A stretch of DNA of 64,000 nucleotides from Eledone cirrhosa (lineage: Eukaryota): NCBI GenBank assembly GCA_964016885.1, contig OZ024746.1:55428001-55492000 (forward strand), given 5' to 3'. The notes below the pieces were generated by a model. It saw only the letters and a list, made by a program, of their open reading frames with translations. It was not told where the DNA came from and ran no database searches. A program made the position numbers and the translations under genes. Position 1 is the stretch's first letter, and each line of letters begins with the position of its first letter. Shown here in pieces: positions 55,558-64,000 of the stretch.

Positions 55558-55770
55558 GTTTTTTTGTTTAAAATGAAATTTTGGGTACAAAACCCCAATA
55601 ACTGGTTATTTAACCCCGAAGGGCCAAATAACGGACAGAAAGACCCCTCTCACGAGGAGGAGGGTGTCTTTATCAACAATTTGGTTCAAGTTTTAAACAA
55701 TTTACAATTGTTTTAACGGTTAAAAATTACTATACCTTACAGAGCCGAGCCTCCGTCAACCATGGCATTC

Positions 55771-55800
<30 letters not shown>

Positions 55801-55802
<2 letters not shown>

Positions 55803-58800
55803 TTTTTTTATTGGCCACAAGGGATGACATCAAGAAAAACATTACAGACGGCACAGGACGGTAGAGGACGGTACGATGTGGGTTTTGTGCGTGTAAATAT
55901 TTTTATTATTTATATAAGAAAAGAAGAAAAAAAATGACATAGAAACATATATATAAACAATAAAAATGAAAATTGAAACAATGAAAAATTCCCCAATAGG
56001 GGGAAACCTTCGAGGGTTACTCGTGGCGAAAACCACACAAAAGACCATGGCCACCCTGACCACCAGGGCAAGCGCACTCCCTCAATGTTTCCATCTCTCA
56101 AACTACAGACGTATATTCAGTGTGGTCCCGTTCACTCGGACCATTCTCGCTACATTCACCCATCTATCAACAAACTTGCTAGAAGGCAGCACTTGCCTCA
56201 CCACCCTGATTTTCCTTTTCAAGTGAAACTTGAAAAAGTTAATTAGGGATTCGCCGAAGAGCAAAGTGTCTGTCTTTAACTCTTTTAACCTTGTCCACCA
56301 CACAATCTCTTTCGCAATGACCACCAGGCAGATGAAAACCGCCTGCCTTTCCTCCTCGTAGGAAGACGGCGAGACCATCTGCACAATGGACTCAGTCGAC
56401 AACCGGATCAGTCCTACACGCGACAGCAACTGCTCGACATAGCTCCACAAGTCAGCAATGCTCGGACACTGAACGAGTGCGTCCACGACGGTTTCGTCGC
56501 TCTGCGCGCATCTCGGACAGGCTCGGCTGACGGCACTTCCGTGCATGTAGAGCTTATCTCGAACCAGCAGCGCTCCCCGGTAGCACTGCCAGGCCAGGGA
56601 TTTTTGAAAGTTATCCATAGGCCCCGAGATGAACATTCTCTGGAATAGAGCAAACAGCTGATTTTCTTCGACGCCTAGGATCTCTCCAAGAATGTCGTCG
56701 CTCTTTCCCTCCACTAGTCCTCTATAGAACGCCGAGGTGGATGTTCCACCGATACTGGTGCCCAGCTGGCAGAGGGCAGTGCGCGCCTGGAGACATTCCA
56801 GTTTCCAAGAGCTATCCCTCGGTCTTTTTCTGACCCAGGACTGCAGCTCCGTCAAGGAAACGAGCTGTAGGAAAACGTGCCTGGCGAACGGCGACCACAC
56901 CTGTTCACCATCAAAGAAGCACCAGAGATGTCGCAGCCTCAGCGCATGTTTGCGCATCATCAGCCATGGCATTCCCTAGTCCTGCACGCAACGGTTGTTG
57001 ACAGCAGATGGATCCTCTGATCATGGGAGCGCGTCTCTTCCACAAAAAGCGGAAGAGGAGGCGCTCCATTTTGGTGAGAGTTGGGCTGGAGCAAGGGACG
57101 ATGGTGAGGTGGTAGCAGATGACGGATGCGATGTAGGCATTCTCCACCTCCGCCCGGCCTTTCAGGGACAGATTTCTCTCGGCCCATCTCTGGGTGAGGG
57201 AGGCCACCCTGCTCGTCATCTCGTTCCAATTTTTCTCCATCTGGATGTCCGGTCCGAACCAGGCCCCGAGCAATTTACCGGTCCGTCCGTCCAACGCCAC
57301 ACGACGCTGTCGGACGGCATAGACTTGCCTCTCCAGGTGCCGAGCTGCAAGCCCACCGACTTTTCCTGGTTTATCTTTGCTCCTGTCACCGCTTCGTATT
57401 CCTTGAGAGCGGTGCCGAGCATCTGGACGTGTCTGGTGTTCGACACCACCACGGTGACGTCGTCAGCGTAAGCCGACTCGGATTTCCCGCATCATAGTTC
57501 GCGTGGGACGCCCCTCATCGCCCCCAGTTTGTGAAGTAACGGCTCGAGAGCCAATACGTACAAGAGGGACGAGAGGGGACAAACCTGGTGGACTGAGCGC
57601 ATGATGCTGAACGGCTGCGACAGGTGACCGTTCACCCTCACAACAGAGCAGATGTCGCTGTACATTGTGGCGATCCAACCCCTGAAAACGAACCCGAAAC
57701 CGGCTGCCTCGTGGACCGCCGCCAGGTACCGATGGTCGACCCTATCGAATGCTTTGGATTGATCCAAGTTGATCAGGGCACCACCCGTGCCAGGTTCCTT
57801 ATCCACACTCTCTATGATGTATCGCATGAGGTGGAGGTTGTCGTGTATGGATCTGTCCGGAATGGCGCTTGTCTGCGCCTCTCACACCAGACCCTTGAAG
57901 ACAAGCGCCAACCTCGTTGCTGACACCTTGGCCAAAATCTTGAACTCTGCGTTTAGCAGGGTTATGGGCCTGAAATTATCGATAACATCCCTCTTGTTCG
58001 GGTCTTTTCTCAGCAGCAGCACTGCTGCCCGGCTCCCGTTCTGCTGCAAGTTGCAGTAAACGTCTGCCAAGAGGTCACCGAACAAGTCTGGCATAAATGC
58101 ATTAAGTTTGTAGGACAGACCATCCAAACCTGGCGATTTACCCCTTGTGCAGTTAGCCATGGCTTCCCATATTTCACCGGCTGTTATTGGATTTTCGCAA
58201 CACTGTGCTGCGGTCGTCGAGAGCCGAAACAGTCCGTCGAGGTATACACTGAAGTCCATGCCCCGATCCGGGCCGCCGCCGCTCCCGAACAGTTCAGCAA
58301 AGTGCCGCTGAAAAGCTTCACACATCCGCTCGGGTTTGAGCATCACGCACCCGTTTTGGTCAGAGAAAGACGAATTGTGGATTTGTTGCCACGTCGCACC
58401 TGTGCCACCCGGGCCCATTGGACGGCTTTTGTCCCCTCGTGTTTCAGAGCACGCGCTCTACCTCTGACAACGCAGCCTTCGTGTTTTGCGTTGAAGAATT
58501 GGTCGAGTGCCAATCTCGCCGCAAGCACGTCGGTTGCGCTGCCTATCCTAAACGCCTCTTCTAGCTTTCTGACTAGTTCTCCCTCTACTCTATGTTTCTC
58601 TATCACTACTCCTTTGCTAAACCTAATCGACTCTACTTTAATTGCCCTTTTCGGGGCGAACCACCACCTGTTGTTGACGACCGCTCCTGTCAATGCCCGC
58701 TTAACTAATACGCTAATCCGGTCTCTGTAGGCTTTGCGCGCCGGGAAAGACGCTTTCAGCTTCCAGTAACCAGGCCCTTGTCTCTGAAGTCTGTCTATGT

Positions 58801-59970
58801 CGATCTCACAGATCACATATTTCTGGTCTGTGTAGTCGACTATTTTAAATTGTGGACAACTTATACTAGCCTTATCTAGTTCTCTGCAGAATACCCTATC
58901 GATATACGATCTAGATGACCCCATGCGGTTTGTCCATGTCCACATTGGCACATTTGGGTGATCCAGTCGATACCTGTGAGACAGTTCGAAACGTCTGAGC
59001 AGGTTGGTGAGGCTCTTGCACCCTCCTCCCCTATCCACTAGCCCCACACAATCCCAGCGTGCATCAAAGATACCGTTCCAGTCGCCTACTAACACTAAAG
59101 AGCGGAACGTTCCAAGAAAGGTCTCTAGACGTCTGAAGAAATCTGGCCGTCCTGCCCCTGTTGGGGCATAGACGGCTACTAGCCTGAAAGCATTGCCTTC
59201 GCTGCCGGTCATGTCCAGCACCACCGACTTACATTCTAGCTCTAGGAAGATGGCCCGTATCGCGAGATCCAAGCCTCTCCGAAAAAGGACGGCAACCCCT
59301 CCCCCCGATCCTGGACGGCTGGGAGATGCGTATACATCGTAGCCGCCGAAGATCGGTGGAAGGCTTGTACTTCGGAGATTCTTGTTTCACTGATGGCCAC
59401 CACATCTACGTTTAGTGACCCGACGTCGTTGAGCAGGTGACCCTGCTTCCAAGATGACCCCAGGCCACGTTCATTTATACTGCCTATTCTGAGAACGGCC
59501 CTGTTGGATGAGAAACGGGGCAAGTGTGAAAGGGTCACTTACCTTGATCATGTGGTGAAGGGACAGTAGAACCGTCCCTTTCTCTGGTCATGGGTGTTTC
59601 GAAGAGGATGTCAGTGTATATCCTCTGGTAACCGACCCTCTGAAGTCTCCAACTGCGTTGGTGAATTTTTGTTTTAAAGGTTTGTACTGTTCTATTGAGA
59701 TTTCGATGATGCTTATGTTTGTTGGGAGAGTTCTTGGTGTTGGTGGGGTGTAGTAGTTTTTTTTCTGTGATGTCTGTGTGCTGCTTTATATATTGTATGA
59801 GTTCTTTTTTTGCCATGTTTATGGCTGTGTACTTTTTTTGGGGGGGGAGGGGTGATATTGTTGCTGTTTTCTTCTTGTTGCTGTTTGGTGTGTGTGTCTT
59901 GTTGTGTTTGCGTTGTTGGTGTTTTGGGTGATGCTGGTGGTGGTGTGGTTGTTGTTGTCAGTGGTGTTTG
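55801..59970 (-). mobile_element. L1/Tx1-clade element copy C, related family, 5'-truncated within ORF1, degenerate
   Basis: Frameshifted ORF2 at 56103-59505; ORF1 C-terminus similar to copy B; 3' AATAAAAAATC-(ATT)n; (ATA)n at 59971-59987. Confidence 0.92.
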
Positions 59971-59987
59971 ATAATAATAATAATAAT

Positions 59988-60155
59988 TAAAGAAAATTGG
60001 TCCCGCCCCGCTTTTTGGAAGGCTTCAAAAGGCATGATTGCTGGGAACAGCAAGAACCCTCCGATACGTCCTGAATATCTGAGGCTGCAGGTAGTGGCTT
60101 GATATTCATTACAACAAAGTTTCCAGTTAACTAACATCAATGACGGAGACCCAAA
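59988..60155 (+). mobile_element. Dong family 1 extreme 3'-end fragment in (TAA)n
   Basis: Matches the reverse complement of about 15510-15672 (GTARTLRYVLNI* and 3'UTR). Confidence 0.88.
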
Positions 60156-60177
60156 TAACAATAATAATAATAATAAT

Positions 60178-60360
60178 TGTTTCTACTTTTGGTACAAGGC
60201 CAGTAAATAACCAGTGCATTACTGGTACTTTATTTTATCGACCCCGTAAGGATGAAAGGCAAAGTAAACCTCGGCGGGATTTGAACTCAGAATGGCAAGG
60301 GCCGTAACTATATGCGTCAAAGCAGGGCGTCCGACCCTCTACCGATACTGCCAATCCACC
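60178..60360 (-). mobile_element. OK-like SINE, full length, flanked by ATAATAATAAT
   Basis: A and B boxes plus body match. Confidence 0.88.
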
Positions 60361-61003
60361 ATAATAATAATATGTAATTTTGGATCAGAAATTTTATAGT
60401 CCAAAAATAGAAAAATGGCAAAATGGCTAAGTGGACAGACAGGCAAATAATTTCACCACCAACACCACCACTACCACCATCACCACCACCACGCCAAAAA
60501 CTCTAGTCAAGTTACCTCAACTTCTATTTCTACTTCAACTTCACGCCATCACTACAGTACTACGATCACATCACCACCACCACCGCCTCATTATCGTTAC
60601 CGCCGCTATTCTCTCCCACTACCTCCTGCTAAGTACTACTAGCACAGCACCACCACCACCACTTAACACTGCCTCATTATCGCTACCGCCGCTATTCTCT
60701 CTCACTACCTCCTGCTAAGACATGCATCGTAGTAATCCCACTAAAAGAAGAAGGTATCAAAAGATATAAGTAGACTGATTTGATGACACGGTCAAAAAAT
60801 CAAAAAAACAAAAATCAAAATCATAACAGCACAGCAGCAACGAAAAACGTAAGGAAAAGAAAAATGAAAAGAAAAACAAACAGACAGACAGAGAGGGGAA
60901 AAAAAAAACTAAGTCAGACATTCAAACATTATATTACAATGAAACTTATGCTTATTCTTTTTTGGGAGTTTTTACCTATTTGTTTGTTTGTTTATTTATG
61001 TTC

Positions 61004-64000
61004 GTCTACAGCGTGATAGTGCCACGCTAAAATCACCGGTGGTTATGTAACCAATCCTCGATAAGAGTGTTTCAATGTCGAACTTAAACAGTTCGAATAA
61101 CGGTGAAGTGTAGACTGGAATGTCATGTGACATACTCTCACCCAGCAGGTGCTCCCTGGCTCAGTAGCAGGGACCTCGCTGTCAACCAAATACTGCTGGT
61201 GTCGGAGGAAGAAGAAGTAGGAAAGGGACCAGAACCAACTGGACGAAATAATTGAATAGAACTGTCATGCAATGTTACCTGAAGTGTAACCCCAAGGAGA
61301 AAGGCTATAGGAAACGGATGCATGGAACGAGATTGGTTTATTTAAATTAGATGAACAAAATTTGGCTGGGCAGGCTCGGGTAATAAGAACTAATGGGTGG
61401 ATAAGCGAGCTGGAACTGGAGGAACTGAGCAGAGAGATTATGTTGGAAATGGAGCGTGGAGTATGCCAGGCAAATGGGCCAGTGGGAAATGAAGGTGAAG
61501 AGGTGGAGAGAACGGAGGAACCATCCGCCAATGATCTGAATGCTGAAATAAATAATACCTGTTACAAAGATACGGCCATTGAGGAGATGAATGCTGATGG
61601 GCTAGGACAAGATTTGGTTGATATCCTAAACTTAGTGGTAGATGAATTGAACAATGATAGTGGGAAACCTATGAACCTAAGATTTGTAGACAGGAAATAG
61701 TTAACAGAAACAACAGCTAAGGTAAAAAAAAGTCATCCCATACCTTGAGGCGAGGTGCCTTCACCAGTGCAACATTATCCTCAAAGCAACAGCAAATGCA
61801 GTCAGGAAATTACTTGGCATAAAAGCGAGAGGAAACAACAAACAAGAAAGATCAGAACCTTGGTGGAAGAAACGACTGAATGGTCAAATCAGGGAAATGA
61901 GAAATTACATTGGAAAGCTTGAGTTCATACTGAATGGGACACTAAAAAACATAGACACTAAAAATAGACTGTAAATAAAGTACAAAACTATGAGGAAAAA
62001 GCTAAATATTATCACAGAGGAATTGAAGCAACGCATTGTAGCAAAGAGTGCAAAAATTAGGCGATACGAGAACAGAGTCAGTCAGTATAGACAGAACCGC
62101 ATGTTTGACAATAACCAGAAGATGTTGTTTGGAAAGCTTGAAGGGAAAGAATGAGGCAACGACTTGATCCCTGAGGCGGAACAAACTAAGACATTCTGGA
62201 GAGGATTATGGGAGCAGGTTGTTAAACATAAGGACCAGGCAGTATGGATTGAGACAGTACAAAAGGAGATGAGTGAACAGGCACACCAACAAACTGATTT
62301 GAGTATCACAGTTGAAACTCTTAAGGGGCAGGCCAAGAAACTAACCAACTGGAAATCACCAGGCCCAGATGGTGTGCAGGGGTATTGGATTAAAAATATA
62401 ACATCCCTCCACCCGAAACTGACAACCATGTTCAATGACTGCTTGATGCCAGGTGAGGTACCAGAGTGGTTGACAAATGGTATCACAGTTCTGGTAATGA
62501 ATGACTGATTCAAGGGTAATGATGTTACCAAATATAGACCTATCACATGTCTGTCCGTAATGTGGAAACTGTTGACAAGCATTGTGTCTGAGGAAATCTA
62601 CCATCACATCCACACAAACAACTTGTTACCGGACGAACAGAAAGGATGCCGAAATAAGTCTCGTGGTACAAAGGACCAGTTACTTATTGATAAGATGATA
62701 ATGAGGAATTGCAAGAGGAGACACACTGGTTTGCCATGGGATGGATAGACTACAAAAAGGCATTTGACATAGTGCCTCATTCTTGGATCAACAAAGGCCT
62801 AGAGATCTTCAAGGTGGCAGATAACATCAGACAGTTGTTGGGCAAAAGTATGAAGTCCTGGAAAACAGAGTTAACATCAGCTGGAGAATCCTTGGGAGGC
62901 GTGAAGATCAAGAGAGGTATCTTCCAGGGAGATAGCCTGACATCTCTGTTGTTTGTCTTTGCCCTGATGCCTCTGACCATTATACTGCGAAAAGTGAGAG
63001 TAGGATACAAGTTGGGAAAGGGAGAGCTTACCATCAATCACCTCCTCTTAATGGACGATCTTAAGCTCTTCGGGAAGAGTGAGAAGGTGTTGGATGTGCT
63101 TGTTGACACTGTCCGTATTTTCAGCAATGGTGTATGTATGCAATTTGGTATTACTAAGTGTGGAGTGCTAGGAATGAAGAGGGGTAAATTGAGCAGAAAC
63201 AACAGAATACAGGTACCAACAGGTGAGATGATAAAGGAAATTGTCAGTGAAGAAGGATACAAGTATTTTTGGTGTTCTGGAGGCTGATGACATCAAGAAC
63301 AAAAAAATGAAGGAATTGATAAATCTGAATACATTCGGAGAATAAGGAGCGTATTAAAGTAACATCTGAACAGTAGGAATGCCATAAGTGCAGTAAATTC
63401 CCGAGCTGTGTCTATTATTAGGTACAGTGCGGGAATTCTGAGATGGAATGCTGCTGAACAAAAAGAAATGGATAGGAAGACTAGGAAGCTATTGACTATC
63501 TACAACATGTTCCACAAGAGGAGTGATATCGATAGACTCTACTTAAGGATATCTGAAGGTTGAAGAGGTCTTATCAACATAGAGGACTGTATTCAGATGG
63601 AGAAAAACAACCTACACAAATACGTGACTGCTAGTAAGGAGCCAATTCTCAGAATTGTACTGAAGGAGAGGACAATAGACCAGAGGATATCCAAGGGGGA
63701 AATAACAACAAGGAGAAAGAGCAGCCTTCATGAAAAATCCCTTCATAGTACCTTCTTTGAGAAAACTGAATTCAGAGATCCACAGACATGGAACTGGTTG
63801 AAAAGAGGATACCTTAAAAGGCTACAGAAGGAATGCTAATGGCTGCGCAAGAGCAGGCCCTCAAAACGAAGGGGTTGAAACACCATTTTTACAAGGAGTA
63901 GGCTAGCCCACTGTGCAGGATCTGTGGAGAGAGAGGGGAGACTGGCTCACATTGAATCCGAGTGTAAACACCTAGCCCAGACACACTATAAAGGCTGGAG
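61004..64000 (+). mobile_element. Dong family 1, apparently 5'-complete but degenerate copy that runs off the window end
   Basis: R4-type N-terminus (NWTK..VMQCYL..GYRKRM, EQNLAGQARVIRTNGWISELELEEL, PWWKKRL), then RT closely similar to 15579-18160 with many stops and frameshifts; putative start ATG at 61075. Confidence 0.9.

Larger units (their letters stand above)
49757..55770 (-). mobile_element. L1/Tx1-clade element copy B, full length (about 6.0 kb), near intact, in (TAA)n
   Basis: 5'UTR, ORF1, ORF2 and a 3'UTR ending AATAAAGAAATC-(ATT)n; (AAT)n at 49708-49756 and 55771-55800. Confidence 0.95.

Noticed and set aside
55636-55670. CCTCCTCGTG in the Tx1-B 5'UTR, resembling the R2 HDV L3 loop
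   Set aside because: It folds as a simple hairpin with no P1/P2 pseudoknot partners and is absent from the other Tx1 5'UTRs

Overview
This is an AT-rich eukaryotic window dense in microsatellites. I found no host gene; most long ORF calls are translations of simple repeats. Repeated tRNA-headed SINEs resembling octopus OK-type SINEs suggest an octopod cephalopod (inference). The window holds many non-LTR retroelements: three Penelope-like elements (PLEs) with inverted pLTR copies and hammerhead-like motifs, a degenerate RTE LINE with three C-terminal C2H2 fingers, RTE-derived bipartite non-autonomous elements, several R4/Dong-clade REL-endonuclease elements, and five L1/Tx1-clade copies or remnants. 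One Tx1 copy is full length with only two in-frame stops. Four observations stand out. (1) Each element class sits in its own microsatellite: Tx1 and Dong in (TAA)n on opposite strands, forming multi-element trains; PLEs in (TA)n; RTE-derived elements and one R4 family in (ATGT)n. (2) In three Tx1 copies the end of ORF1 overlaps a G|GTAAGT splice donor, followed by a pyrimidine-rich 52-54 nt stretch ending in CTCAG. Removing it fuses ORF1 to ORF2 in frame in two copies. (3) Tx1 copies with near-identical ORF2 carry different ORF1/5'UTR modules. (4) The PLE hammerhead cores carry an A at position 4. All family assignments come from motif recognition by eye, with no database search, and identities are visual estimates.
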